DNA from: a virus
Virus record (IMG/VR): IMGVR_UViG_3300037882_004127
Location: 1 to 64,000 of that record
Reading direction: 5' to 3' (one strand)
DNA length: 64,000 nucleotides
The notes beneath the pieces were generated by a model, which was given only the letters and a program-made list of their open reading frames with translations, had not been told where the DNA came from and did no database searches. The translations under genes and the position numbers were made by a program. Below, one piece after another: positions 49,115 through 59,193 of the stretch (positions are counted from its first letter, which is position 1; every line of letters starts with the position of its first letter).

Positions 49115-49133
49115 AAATTGTAGTTTACTAGTA

Positions 49134-49466
49134 TTACACTATTTTCAAGTCAACGCAAGCTTTTAATTCACTTGGCAAAGGCGATCCTCGGTCAATGTGA
49201 ATTTTAATTTGCCGACGAATATCGTCTTGTAAAAGTTGAATTTGTTTGGCAATCCGCCACATGGTTTGGTTTAGATAACATTCTTTTTCAAATTCGCGCA
49301 AAGCCTCATCAGTATTTGGCTGAAGGATCGCATTATAATGATACGATTCAAAAAGGCGGAGTGATTGAAAGTTAAAACCGGCAATTTTCTTAGGCTCGCC
49401 ATAAAAAACGAAATCGTATTTAATTTCGGTGAATTGCCAATCGGGGAAGTTTGCAGGGTTAATCAT
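49134..49466 (-). CDS. hypothetical protein
   Basis: ORF packing. Confidence 0.65.
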   Translation of the reverse strand: MINPANFPDWQFTEIKYDFVFYGEPKKIAGFNFQSLRLFESYHYNAILQPNTDEALREFEKECYLNQTMWRIAKQIQLLQDDIRRQIKIHIDRGSPLPSELKACVDLKIV

Positions 49467-50376
49467 GTTGAATTAGATTTTTAAAAATATGAACTATTGT
49501 TGGCACGTTCCAGCCGTTACCAATGGCTTTATATCTATTTGTTTTTGCAATGCAGTCCGTATAATTATCATCAAGTCCCTGCAACCTTTCACACTCTAGC
49601 GGAGTAAGCGTTCTATAATGTTCACCGCAAACTAGTTTGCGTTTTGTCCCCGGTGATTGGGCGCATAGAGTTGGGTATTTTTCAACATAGTAATAATCTT
49701 CGGTAATATAACCATGAGGCAAACGGTATAGCAACATCTGGTTCACAGCTTTCGTTTTATAATGTTTCCACGGAACGGATTTATAAGACGCATTTAAGGA
49801 TAATGATTTTGATCTATCAACCTCCACCAATTCGGGATTTTCCAAAATATCCTTAAGAAAAATTCTCTTATCCTCGGGTTGAGTAACATTGGGGATGTTC
49901 GTCCAATATAAACGGTTTCTCTGTTGCGCGGAAACTAACGCAGAATTTATTTTAATTGGTTGAACGCCAAGAGCTTCCGAAATTACATCCTGATATTCCT
50001 TCTTCATCTTTACATTTTCAAGAAGAAATTTTATATTTGGATTTTTAACTTTAAGTGCGTTTAAAATATCAACAAAAACAAAAAACAATTTACTTCGTTC
50101 ATCATTAAAATTTAATTGTTTCCCACAAAAGCTGAATCCTTGACAGGGGCTCCCAGCTTGAATTAGATCTATTTTAGGCAAATCATCAATATTTATTTTT
50201 GTTACGTCGCCTATCTGAATTGTATCGGGCCAATTCTTTTGAGTAACTTTAATAGCATTTTTGTCAATTTCGCTCGCGTAATAATTATTAACTTTGATTC
50301 CAGCGCGGTCAAGAGCGATTCTCCCGCAAGAAATTCCATCGAAAAGTGAGAGCACGTTAAGTCCGTTGTTTTCCAT
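49459..50376 (-). CDS. DNA (cytosine-5) methyltransferase
   Basis: LFDGI, GSPCQGFS, ENV, QQRNR and GNGW. Confidence 0.95.
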   Translation of the reverse strand: MENNGLNVLSLFDGISCGRIALDRAGIKVNNYYASEIDKNAIKVTQKNWPDTIQIGDVTKINIDDLPKIDLIQAGSPCQGFSFCGKQLNFNDERSKLFFVFVDILNALKVKNPNIKFLLENVKMKKEYQDVISEALGVQPIKINSALVSAQQRNRLYWTNIPNVTQPEDKRIFLKDILENPELVEVDRSKSLSLNASYKSVPWKHYKTKAVNQMLLYRLPHGYITEDYYYVEKYPTLCAQSPGTKRKLVCGEHYRTLTPLECERLQGLDDNYTDCIAKTNRYKAIGNGWNVPTIVHIFKNLIQHD

Positions 50377-50380
50377 ATTA

Positions 50381-50797
50381 TTATAAATCTAAATCAAAAG
50401 TTTCTTTAAACATTTTTTTGGTAAGATTGTTGAGGTGTTCATCGTTCAATTCAATAAACTTGAACCCGTTTAATTCGGCAAGTTGCATCTTCTCGCTATC
50501 GGCCTTTAACTTTTTTAAATAACCGGCACGCGAACCATGCATGAATTGATTGAATTCAAGGTGAACGGAATCAGGGCTGACTTCAATAATAACCTTACGA
50601 GAAAGATTTACGAGATCTAACCGCTTCTTACCGGACTTTGGTAAAAGCATTTCTTCCAACACTATATCGTTTTTCCAAAACTTAAATAAAAAATCTTTTA
50701 CCGTTTTTTGAGGTCCGCTAACCTTACGCTCCCAATCAATTTTATATTGGGCGGGGTTAAAATTTACCTCCCGCCCATTTTTAGTTTTCCACTTCAT
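50381..50797 (-). CDS. PD-(D/E)XK / Vsr-like endonuclease
   Basis: EE..RLDL..IIEV..H pattern. Confidence 0.65.
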   Translation of the reverse strand: MKWKTKNGREVNFNPAQYKIDWERKVSGPQKTVKDFLFKFWKNDIVLEEMLLPKSGKKRLDLVNLSRKVIIEVSPDSVHLEFNQFMHGSRAGYLKKLKADSEKMQLAELNGFKFIELNDEHLNNLTKKMFKETFDLDL

Positions 50798-50861
50798 CTT
50801 AAGGAATTATTGGTTATTTGGAGAATCAAGTCAAGTTAATTAGATATTTATTCCACAATCG

Positions 50862-50870
50862 GTGTATAAT
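50862..50870 (+). promoter_or_regulatory. GTGTATAAT promoter
   Basis: 6 nt upstream of the ATG at 50877. Confidence 0.65.
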
Positions 50871-50876
50871 GATTAT

Positions 50877-51023
50877 ATGGCATACATCCGAACGAACATA
50901 TTCCTGTCCGAAAAGCAAATGAAAGAACTGCGCGAAATCGCCCTAATCAAGGATATTAAATTTTCCGAATTGGTGCGCACGGCGGTTAATGAGTATATTG
51001 AGAAGGAGACGAAAAAGCTATGA
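50877..51023 (+). CDS. CopG-like ribbon-helix-helix protein (48 aa, absent from the ORF track)
   Basis: MAYIRTNIFLSEKQMKELREIALIKDIKFSELVRTAVNEYIEKETKKL; ATGA-coupled to the nuclease gene. Confidence 0.82.
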   Translation: MAYIRTNIFLSEKQMKELREIALIKDIKFSELVRTAVNEYIEKETKKL

Positions 51024-52009
51024 GTGAAAACAAATCTGAAATTATTAACCTTCATAACGAGGGATTCTCTGTTGTCCAAATCGCCAGTAAAACAAAATAT
51101 AGCAAAAAAGATATATTTGAGACTATTGTAGAAGGCGGATTTGTCCCGCGCAAATTTGAACCAGATGAGAATATAAAGATTAAAATAATTAATGCTTTTC
51201 TAGAGAATAACTCTGTAAACAAAACATCCAAAATGTTTAACTTGTGTTTTCAAGCCACAAAAAGCATTTTAGTCAAAAGCGGCCTCAAAATTGACCCGGC
51301 GAAATATCATGTTATAGATGAATCTTTTTTCGAGACAATTGATTCGCACGAAAAGGCTTATTATATCGGGCTAATTATGTCTGACGGGTGTTTGCTCTGG
51401 AATAGAAGAAAAGATAAGGTGGGACAATTGCTTATTAGCTTAGTGGAAGCCGATAAATACATTCTCGAAAACTTAATTTCATTAACAAAAAGTTCAACAA
51501 AATTAAGAGTTCAAATTCACCGATGCAGGGATGGTTGCGTTCGTCAACCAATGAATGGTCTTTGTATCGCTTCGGAGGTTTTTGTTTCCCATCTGACTAA
51601 ATATGGACTTTTCCCAAATAAAAGCGTCAACCACCCTTTCTTTAAAAACATTCCAGAAGAGTTTTTATCCAGCGCTATTTTGGGCTACTTTGATGGCGAC
51701 GGAAGCGTTTCTATTTTAAGACAAAACACTCAACTATGTGCATCGTTCATTTCCTCAATTGAATTTTCAAAAGAACTTTACAAAACACTTTTAAGTAAAA
51801 ACATAAAGTGCTCTATAAGGGTAAGAAAAACCAAAAAGGGAACTGAGATGGGCGAAGTTCGACTAAAAGGCAATAACCAATGTCTTAAGTTGTATAGATA
51901 TATGTATTCCTCCAATATCCCTTCGTTGACGAGAAAGAAGCTAAAGTTTGAAACTATGATTGATAGAATCAAACTTGGGCTTACGAAAGATACCTCCCAC
52001 TATAGCTGA
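51020..52009 (+). CDS. LAGLIDADG homing endonuclease
   Basis: AYYIGLIMSDG and ILGYFDGDG. Confidence 0.9.
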   Translation: MSENKSEIINLHNEGFSVVQIASKTKYSKKDIFETIVEGGFVPRKFEPDENIKIKIINAFLENNSVNKTSKMFNLCFQATKSILVKSGLKIDPAKYHVIDESFFETIDSHEKAYYIGLIMSDGCLLWNRRKDKVGQLLISLVEADKYILENLISLTKSSTKLRVQIHRCRDGCVRQPMNGLCIASEVFVSHLTKYGLFPNKSVNHPFFKNIPEEFLSSAILGYFDGDGSVSILRQNTQLCASFISSIEFSKELYKTLLSKNIKCSIRVRKTKKGTEMGEVRLKGNNQCLKLYRYMYSSNIPSLTRKKLKFETMIDRIKLGLTKDTSHYS

Positions 52010-53157
52010 ATTAACTTCGTATACTGTTCATACATCCACTCAAAGACTTTCTTGTTTTCTTCAATATAATCAAAAACCCCATTAATCCCCTGATGTTGAA
52101 CCTTAATTTCAATTCCATCTTTTTTAGCTGAAGAAACTAACTCCTCACTAAAGAAATACCACGCTCCCTTTCGCGTTAGATGATTGAATTGCATTGCGAT
52201 ATCAACAACTTCCTTCTCTACCCAAATAGCAGAACCGACGCGATTTTTACGAATCGGAACCCTAATTCGCCCGCACCCCGTAACATCCGAAGCGGATTTT
52301 TTCACTTCAATAGAGGCGAACACTCCGAGAACTTTATTTTTTACGGGATCTGGCTTCTCGTCTGGTTTTTCCAAAATGTAATCACCCTGATAGCGAGGAT
52401 GATAGTAAAGGACGTAATCACTTTGATGCCCGATAGAAGACCCACCGCTACCTTCTACCTGTCTATTTACCCCCGGAGCATAAGGATCTAATTTAATCGC
52501 TGCGCTATATTGGGTAATAACAATCATCAATGCGTCGTAATGACTCACCGGAAGAGCAAACCGCTTAAACAAAAGTTTTGTAAGTAAGGGCACACCCGCT
52601 ACTTTCGGGCTTTCTGTCCCTCCCCAAACGTCCTTCATTGCGTCCGCTTTTAAAATTGTGCCGTCTAAACTGTCCCAGCATATACACAAATGCTCATCGG
52701 CCTCATGCATCGCTTTCAACATAGTTTCTAAGGTTGATGCAATAGTTTCAAAGTAATTTACCGACCAAATAAAAACAGTCCCGTAATCCCATTCTTCCGA
52801 GGTCGTAACATACTTTAATCCCGTTCTCGCCTGAAATTCTTTGGAGCAGCGACCTTCGGCCTTAACCAAAATTGTTCGGGAGCGCGGAACAACCTTCATG
52901 AAGTTTTCTGCGTAAACCATTGCCTGTGAGGATTTTCCGGTTTCGGGGCCTGACGCCGCGAGACGCAAAACCTGACCAGAACGAACCTTGATTTGAGAAT
53001 CCAAAATTAGACTCCCGCTTGATATAGGGTAATTTTTAGAAATTACATTATTATAGTGATCTTTTTGAGTATCTTTGAGAATCGTTGCAAAAATATCCTT
53101 GGTGGATAGCTTTACCTCTTCGCCCTCAACCCCATCAGTTTTTTTCGATTTAGCCAT
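52000..53157 (-). CDS. recA: RecA/UvsX-like recombinase
   Basis: SSGSLILD, GPETGKSS, WDSL, SGG and KGAWY. Confidence 0.9.
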   Translation of the reverse strand: MAKSKKTDGVEGEEVKLSTKDIFATILKDTQKDHYNNVISKNYPISSGSLILDSQIKVRSGQVLRLAASGPETGKSSQAMVYAENFMKVVPRSRTILVKAEGRCSKEFQARTGLKYVTTSEEWDYGTVFIWSVNYFETIASTLETMLKAMHEADEHLCICWDSLDGTILKADAMKDVWGGTESPKVAGVPLLTKLLFKRFALPVSHYDALMIVITQYSAAIKLDPYAPGVNRQVEGSGGSSIGHQSDYVLYYHPRYQGDYILEKPDEKPDPVKNKVLGVFASIEVKKSASDVTGCGRIRVPIRKNRVGSAIWVEKEVVDIAMQFNHLTRKGAWYFFSEELVSSAKKDGIEIKVQHQGINGVFDYIEENKKVFEWMYEQYTKLIQL

Positions 53158-53187
53158 GTTAAATTATTGTTCTTTTATCTCTGAATG

Positions 53188-53388
53188 TCAATCCTTCTTT
53201 TGCGCCGCGCGCCACTTCACCTGTTTATTGAACTCATCCTCAATTAATTGCGCATCCTTCTCGGTGATCCCATAATCAACCCAGTGGTCGCGTGACCAAT
53301 TTAAATCATTATCATGTAACGCCTCTAAAACCTGCATAAATTTATTGCGCCAATAATTTGCATCGCCCGATGGTTTAGTTTGTTTCAT
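53188..53388 (-). CDS. hypothetical protein
   Basis: ORF packing. Confidence 0.7.
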   Translation of the reverse strand: MKQTKPSGDANYWRNKFMQVLEALHDNDLNWSRDHWVDYGITEKDAQLIEDEFNKQVKWRAAQKKD

Positions 53389-53390
53389 TT

Positions 53391-53579
53391 TTATTGATAA
53401 TTTGATGATTCTACATTTAAATAAATCCTTAACTCCTTCGCAGCCTTAAGATAATTTTCTCTCAACCGATGGAATTCCTCATCCTTAACATCTTTGAAAT
53501 TACTATATCCAACGAAGCAGTAATGAAAACCCTCGTTTTCGACTTTACTCCGAACGTAATCTAAATCTTTGGCGTGCAT
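53391..53579 (-). CDS. hypothetical protein
   Basis: ORF packing. Confidence 0.7.
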   Translation of the reverse strand: MHAKDLDYVRSKVENEGFHYCFVGYSNFKDVKDEEFHRLRENYLKAAKELRIYLNVESSNYQ

Positions 53580-53581
53580 AA

Positions 53582-54121
53582 TTATTTTAATAGTTCTAGT
53601 AAATTCCTATAAGACTTCTTTTCTACAACAATGTCAAATCCTATTTTCTCATTTTCTAACTTTACTTCCTCTCGTTTAACCGAAAGGTCGATTGCCCATT
53701 TTTTATACAAGTCCTCAACCTCCTGACGATCAATCCAATACAAAAGGGACTTTACTTTTATGGCTGGTTTAAACCCCTCCAAAAGAAACTCCTTATGCGG
53801 AAACCGCCTCACGAATTTGGCCAACACCATAATCTCCCTTTTGAAATTATCCCGTAAAGAATCGGACTCAACCAAATCGCGCAAAATTTGCCCGCGTTCT
53901 TCTCTAGTTAACTTAACAGGAGGCTTATCCTTAACTTTTTTCTTTTTGGGTTCCGTTAAATAAACAATTTGTTCTAAATTAAGCTGAGTTAATTCCCGCG
54001 CGAATTTCTTCCGCCCGTAATAAACCCCTAAACATTCTTGCTCAACTTTATATTCAATGCCATTTTGAGCGATTTTCTCGCCGATTTGAGGTAAACGCAT
54101 GTTAAAGACGAAAATCCGCAT
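53582..54121 (-). CDS. hypothetical protein
   Basis: 179-aa ORF. Confidence 0.75.
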   Translation of the reverse strand: MRIFVFNMRLPQIGEKIAQNGIEYKVEQECLGVYYGRKKFARELTQLNLEQIVYLTEPKKKKVKDKPPVKLTREERGQILRDLVESDSLRDNFKREIMVLAKFVRRFPHKEFLLEGFKPAIKVKSLLYWIDRQEVEDLYKKWAIDLSVKREEVKLENEKIGFDIVVEKKSYRNLLELLK

Positions 54122-54299
54122 ATTCCTTTATGGCGTTCCCTTCACAATCATATTCGCCGGGTATAAATACTTCACAAATACCTTTGTGCAAACCATACGA
54201 TTTTCCATCATCCGTAACATTCAACTCGGCATTATGCTTTTTCAATAATTCGTCCAAATCGCGCCGAAAATCGGCCTCTCGTTCTTTTGCGGTTTTCAT
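54102..54299 (-). CDS. hypothetical protein
   Basis: ORF packing. Confidence 0.7.
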   Translation of the reverse strand: MKTAKEREADFRRDLDELLKKHNAELNVTDDGKSYGLHKGICEVFIPGEYDCEGNAIKEYADFRL

Positions 54300-54676
54300 G
54301 ATTTTAAATAAACCAGCCGTGTGTGCTGATCCTGTTCGTAAGTTCTTTGAATTTCAAACCGATGCCCATTCAAGAGCAAATGATCTACCATCGTGCAAGC
54401 TAAACCAACCATTTGAGTGGGGGAAACGTTATGAATCGCTACCTCACCAAAATCAATACCATATTCCGCGAACTCCCAGTTATCAATAAACGCCTCGCCA
54501 CCAAAAGTTTGGATGACGGATTTCTCGTTTAAACTGACATAATCATGATCAGTCTCGTCAAAGTATTTATTCACCGCCGATGAAACTCGCGCCCGCAAAC
54601 TTTGATGTTCGGGGCATAAGGGTTGGATTTCTTTAGTGATTTTGTTAACTAGCTCAGCTATTTGGTGATCTTTCAT
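54296..54676 (-). CDS. hypothetical protein
   Basis: ORF packing. Confidence 0.7.
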   Translation of the reverse strand: MKDHQIAELVNKITKEIQPLCPEHQSLRARVSSAVNKYFDETDHDYVSLNEKSVIQTFGGEAFIDNWEFAEYGIDFGEVAIHNVSPTQMVGLACTMVDHLLLNGHRFEIQRTYEQDQHTRLVYLKS

Positions 54677-54678
54677 GT

Positions 54679-55083
54679 TTATTGGTGTTTCGCGTAAAAT
54701 AATGTCTCGTTATGATCCTTGATTGATTCGCCAAACTCCTCCTTGGTTAAACCATATTTATCCAAATCTAAAGCCAAATCCTTAACTACCTCATAAAACT
54801 TTTTGCGCCCATTTTCCGGCATTGAATCATAATCAAAAGCAGATGCGTTATAAATTTCGCGTAAAATCTCATTCAACCGGTGGATCTCTCCTCTTAACAA
54901 ATCAATCTCGGGAACTCTTTCCCTTGAGAGAATGTCACCACCATATTTTTCTTGCCAGTCCCAAGCTTCTTGATAGGAAGAAAATCCAATGGCCTCGTCA
55001 AACGACGCTAAATAAGGGTTTGGCGGATAACAGCGGTCGAATTCTCCAGTATAGTAAAGATTGCCGCTTTTTACATAGAACAT
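54679..55083 (-). CDS. hypothetical protein
   Basis: ORF packing. Confidence 0.7.
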   Translation of the reverse strand: MFYVKSGNLYYTGEFDRCYPPNPYLASFDEAIGFSSYQEAWDWQEKYGGDILSRERVPEIDLLRGEIHRLNEILREIYNASAFDYDSMPENGRKKFYEVVKDLALDLDKYGLTKEEFGESIKDHNETLFYAKHQ

Positions 55084-55114
55084 TCAACTAACTTGACATT
55101 TTATGTGGTAAAAG

Positions 55115-55945
55115 TCAACTTAATTCGGCCTCTACCTCACTTAAACTCGCAGTTGCTGTACCCGATTTTCCGACGACCACCCTAGCCGCAGCATTAGCAA
55201 ATCTAATACTTTGATCTATATCCTCACTTAACATGTATTTATAACAGAATGCGGAATTGAAGGTGTCCCCGGCCCCGCAAGCCTGAGGATTGCTCACGGG
55301 TTTTGTTGGGAAAAACTTACCCTCATTAACCCATAAAGCCCCTTTCCCTCCCTGTGTTACGATCATGTTACGTCCGCACTTTTCATTTTTACCCAATTCG
55401 GAATATTCCTTATTATTAATTTTAATAAAATCCGCCTTATTTGCCCAACTTAAAAATTTCTTGCGCGAATCAATTACTGTTTTCACCCCATACTTATCAC
55501 ATAGTTCAAAAATCAACTCAAGCCAATACTCATCTAATAACCCCTTGCAATAGTCCGAAATAACCAATACTTTAACGGTCCTGTGTTCCTCTATGACTTT
55601 CTTTAGATTTTTGAACATATCTCCGTCAAAATATTCATGATTTTTTGTGATTACGTCGTCATTTTCATCAATCCGGACTATCGTCGCTCCGGTCATTTCC
55701 TCAACAAAGCGCTTTTTAATAATCGCAGTCTTATTGGTGATGAAACAGATCTCAGATTCTTTTAGCCCTAATGAGCGCAAATTATTAAAAACATTCTCGG
55801 CCATGCCGCCGGTGACGCTTTCTCCAACCGGCTTGGTCACAACTGAGTTTGGCTGCTCAGGATTAAGGCGTAAGGGACGTAAAGTGATATTGTGGTCGAT
55901 GCATCTTTCCCCGATTACAATTATCTTTGGCGCAAAATTTGACAT
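55115..55945 (-). CDS. PfkB-family heptose-7-phosphate kinase (HldA / RfaE domain I-like)
   Basis: RLNPE, GGMAENV, RID, ISDYCKG and GAGDT. Confidence 0.87.
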   Translation of the reverse strand: MSNFAPKIIVIGERCIDHNITLRPLRLNPEQPNSVVTKPVGESVTGGMAENVFNNLRSLGLKESEICFITNKTAIIKKRFVEEMTGATIVRIDENDDVITKNHEYFDGDMFKNLKKVIEEHRTVKVLVISDYCKGLLDEYWLELIFELCDKYGVKTVIDSRKKFLSWANKADFIKINNKEYSELGKNEKCGRNMIVTQGGKGALWVNEGKFFPTKPVSNPQACGAGDTFNSAFCYKYMLSEDIDQSIRFANAAARVVVGKSGTATASLSEVEAELS

Positions 55946-55977
55946 GTATTATCATATCAAATTTCATTGTAAAAAAT

Positions 55978-56898
55978 CTATTTATTGAAGGCCGGACACC
56001 CCGAATATCTACGAACCTCTACACTTTCCCCTTTTTCTTTGTCAAATTCAGGTTCTTCGCTAATGTCGTATCCCGCAATGATATTTTTATCTTTATCCAG
56101 TTTAACTTTATAATTTCTAGCCTGCTTAAATTGACAGACTCGCCAACAGAATCCATCATCGGTATCCTTCTTAAATATTTTCTTGGCCTCAACTTCCGTA
56201 AACTTGGAAAATACATATCCCATGTACTCCAGATAAGATTCAATCCCGGCTAATTCCGCATCATTTTTTGGCGGGACAATTTGTATGTGCTTTTGGGGAT
56301 CTTTCTTTGTTGGGGGGTGACGGACAAGAATGAACTGAACCTCGGCGGGTAAACCATACTTTTTCTTGCAATAGCTCTGATAAACCGAGGCTTGGATATT
56401 TTCGCTTAATTCGGATGGGGTGAATCTCTTTCCCTGTGTCTTATAATCTGTGATGACCACCTTATCGGGGAATACCGCGACCCTATCAAGGAAACCTCTC
56501 ATCGGGTATTTTTTGCCAATGGTTAGGTTAAATTCTTGCTCGGGCGGAAATTTCTGAACCGCGCCCTCATCTAGGTAATTGGTTTGGGTTAAGACTAATA
56601 AAACCATATCGTCAATCTCGTCAATTAAATTTTGCGGCAACGAATACTTATTTTGCCACATTTGAATTAATCTCGCAATCTGGGGACTGTTGTAGACCGA
56701 TTTTTTACCGCTCAGAATTAAATCATAATGCTTTTTGTGGCGTGGGTTTAATAGACATTCTAGAATTGAGTGGACCAAACTGCCACATGTCGTTTTGACG
56801 TGGGTTTTTTCGGGTAGTTTTAATACCTCCTTGCAGTAGAATAGCCATGAACAACTATTAATTTCTTTAATTCGAGACGCTGATAGACGAATTTGCAT
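55978..56898 (-). CDS. PD-(D/E)XK exonuclease (RecB/Cas4-like)
   Basis: LSASRI..C, GSLVH, GFLD, DYKT, Q..Y and a Cys cluster. Confidence 0.88.
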   Translation of the reverse strand: MQIRLSASRIKEINSCSWLFYCKEVLKLPEKTHVKTTCGSLVHSILECLLNPRHKKHYDLILSGKKSVYNSPQIARLIQMWQNKYSLPQNLIDEIDDMVLLVLTQTNYLDEGAVQKFPPEQEFNLTIGKKYPMRGFLDRVAVFPDKVVITDYKTQGKRFTPSELSENIQASVYQSYCKKKYGLPAEVQFILVRHPPTKKDPQKHIQIVPPKNDAELAGIESYLEYMGYVFSKFTEVEAKKIFKKDTDDGFCWRVCQFKQARNYKVKLDKDKNIIAGYDISEEPEFDKEKGESVEVRRYSGCPAFNK

Positions 56899-58085
56899 TA
56901 TAATTTTACCATTTCTTCTTCAAAAATTGAAAAATCTGCAATATACTTTACTTCTTTTCCTATATTCGCGGCCTCTCGCACTAAATATCCGTCTTCGGAA
57001 AGTTCTCTAGTGGTATTATGTATCAAGCCTAAATCGTATTTGCCTTTAAAATATTCCAATAAAGATTTTGGGCTTTGCCATTTTTCTGTTTCGAACATTA
57101 AACCCAATACTTCTTCTCTGCATTTAAACTTTTTAACCCCTTTAAACTCTGGTAACTTATCAAACTTCTCCTTTTTTCTTTTCAAATAAATTGTCGCATC
57201 TTTGTAAAGAAATTTTTTAATCCAATTCATAGCCTCAAAACTGCAAAAATTTAAATACCCCATTCCGGGAGTGTTATGATCTTCAAAGTATCCCATTCTT
57301 ATTGGAAAACCTCTTCTGGCTAATTCACCATAAATAGCCCTAACAAACAATTTGGTCCCCAAAAAATTTACATTCCATTTCTCATACTTTCCTTGTTGCG
57401 ACATACAAATACATCCATCCCCATCAAAATAACCACGCAAAAAATGTGGCATCAAATCAAATGGAATTTTATCTACGGGAATTTTATTAAGAGTTAAGCT
57501 TTTCCTTGGCTCACATCCTAACTTAATCAAATCGCCTCGAATAATTTTGCTATTTATTCTTACTTTAGCGGTAGATTGTAATCTGACTACCTCTTTTGTT
57601 TTTGGGTCTCGAATTTTCTCTACTCGCTCTTCAAGAATATGTTCTGCCTCAACGCACTCTTTATAAAGGTTTAAATGATCTATCTCATCTCCTTTCAAAA
57701 GAATGTTTACTCCGCTATCGGTGATGCACCCATCCGCATAGATAAAACCGAGCCAATAGGCTTTTGCTTCGGTGTTAATTTTTTCAAAAAAATCAAAATT
57801 ACAATAATATTGTTTCCCTCCAGCGCAGCAAAAATGTTTGAGCAATTTATGAGTACGCAAAAATTTAATTGATTCTCTGGAAATTCTAAATGTATTTATC
57901 ATCCATAATGGACCCATCTGGTATCTTATGCATTTATATAAATAGCGAAATTCTTCTAAATTTAACTTATTCAACCCTTCGTTATTAATAAATTTGGGGT
58001 CTTTTCGCAAAGATAAATAAATTTGCTCAGCGGCATTGTCTCTGGCACTAATCTTATTTTTAAAATCCTTCGTTCGTATAATCAT
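56898..58085 (-). CDS. LAGLIDADG homing endonuclease
   Basis: AYWLGFIYADG and FLRGYFDGDG. Confidence 0.9.
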   Translation of the reverse strand: MIIRTKDFKNKISARDNAAEQIYLSLRKDPKFINNEGLNKLNLEEFRYLYKCIRYQMGPLWMINTFRISRESIKFLRTHKLLKHFCCAGGKQYYCNFDFFEKINTEAKAYWLGFIYADGCITDSGVNILLKGDEIDHLNLYKECVEAEHILEERVEKIRDPKTKEVVRLQSTAKVRINSKIIRGDLIKLGCEPRKSLTLNKIPVDKIPFDLMPHFLRGYFDGDGCICMSQQGKYEKWNVNFLGTKLFVRAIYGELARRGFPIRMGYFEDHNTPGMGYLNFCSFEAMNWIKKFLYKDATIYLKRKKEKFDKLPEFKGVKKFKCREEVLGLMFETEKWQSPKSLLEYFKGKYDLGLIHNTTRELSEDGYLVREAANIGKEVKYIADFSIFEEEMVKL

Positions 58086-58402
58086 TCAATATTCTCCCCG
58101 CATTCCTTACAAGAGTCAAACAATAATGATAAAGGTAACTTCTCCTCGATCCTACCATTAAAATACTTGCTCAGTTTAACCTCTGCGTCCTCAAAATTTT
58201 TCCACCCCCGCCATTTACCAGCGCCCGGATAGCCTCCCAAATCCAAAAAGTTGCACCACGGGAACTCAACTCCGCCAACTTCCTTTACTTCATAATATGG
58301 GCATTGATTCACCTTGCCGCGAAAATTATTCTCAACCGAGGGTAGTTCAACCCAAGTATAGCAATAACCGCCGGGTGGAATTTTACTTTTATCTTTAATC
58401 AT
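58082..58402 (-). CDS. Cys-containing hypothetical protein
   Basis: IPPGGYCY..CPY..KECG. Confidence 0.7.
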   Translation of the reverse strand: MIKDKSKIPPGGYCYTWVELPSVENNFRGKVNQCPYYEVKEVGGVEFPWCNFLDLGGYPGAGKWRGWKNFEDAEVKLSKYFNGRIEEKLPLSLLFDSCKECGENIE

Positions 58403-58604
58403 TTGTTAAATTTATTTACAAGCGAAGGAAAAACCCAAATGAGAAGTAAAACTGGGGAGAGTATAACTAAAATAAAAAACGGTAAAAAAGCAAATAAATT
58501 AAAATAAGGCGTCTTATCTAAGATGCTTTTAATCTCATTCTTTAACCCCTCATCTGTTAATATTTTGAAGAATAGAATAACCGAACAAATTAACCAAAAA
58601 ATAA

Positions 58605-58970
58605 TCATTTCGAGCGAGCCTCCCGCCGATCTTTGTTTACTTGTTCGTTCAACATGGCCTCTTCTAATTTCTCGTAAGCCCTTGATAATGAAGGACATGA
58701 CCACGCATTGTGCCGCCCAAAATCTTCATTCGACGGGCCACATTCCTTAGGCTCAAATTTAATCAAAATCTCTTTCCCTTCGACATTTTTCACTAACATT
58801 TCGGCCTCCTTACTAACGTGAATTTTAAAAACTTCCCATGCCATTCCCTTACTAGGATCACTTTCGAGGAGAGGTTTATTCAAGCATTGCTTAAAAATCG
58901 CCCAATCGCCCTTGCGCGTAACCAGTTGGTAATGAAAGCCATTCTTAATGAAATTTGTAAGTGGTTCCAT
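58605..58970 (-). CDS. hypothetical protein
   Basis: PSNEDFG..AW motif. Confidence 0.7.
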   Translation of the reverse strand: MEPLTNFIKNGFHYQLVTRKGDWAIFKQCLNKPLLESDPSKGMAWEVFKIHVSKEAEMLVKNVEGKEILIKFEPKECGPSNEDFGRHNAWSCPSLSRAYEKLEEAMLNEQVNKDRREARSK

Positions 58971-58971
58971 A

Positions 58972-59193
58972 TCAATAACTTAAGGTGAATTGTTTGACCT
59001 TGGCTGTGAAAGCCCCATATTTTTCATGGTTGCGAAACATTTCTAATTTTTCAAATTCTGTATTCCCATATCCAGAGCAATAGTCTCTTTTAAATTTGGC
59101 GAACATCCAATCTCTAGCGGCTTTTTTATTTTCGAATATCGATTGATAGCCATGCCCGGACGGATCTTCGTATGATGCAACGTAAATTTTCAT
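58972..59193 (-). CDS. hypothetical protein
   Basis: ORF packing. Confidence 0.7.
   Translation of the reverse strand: MKIYVASYEDPSGHGYQSIFENKKAARDWMFAKFKRDYCSGYGNTEFEKLEMFRNHEKYGAFTAKVKQFTLSY

Noticed and set aside
55978-56898. Cas4 as part of a CRISPR system
   Set aside because: There is no cas1, cas2 or array. It is an ordinary phage PD-(D/E)XK exonuclease in a recombination context.
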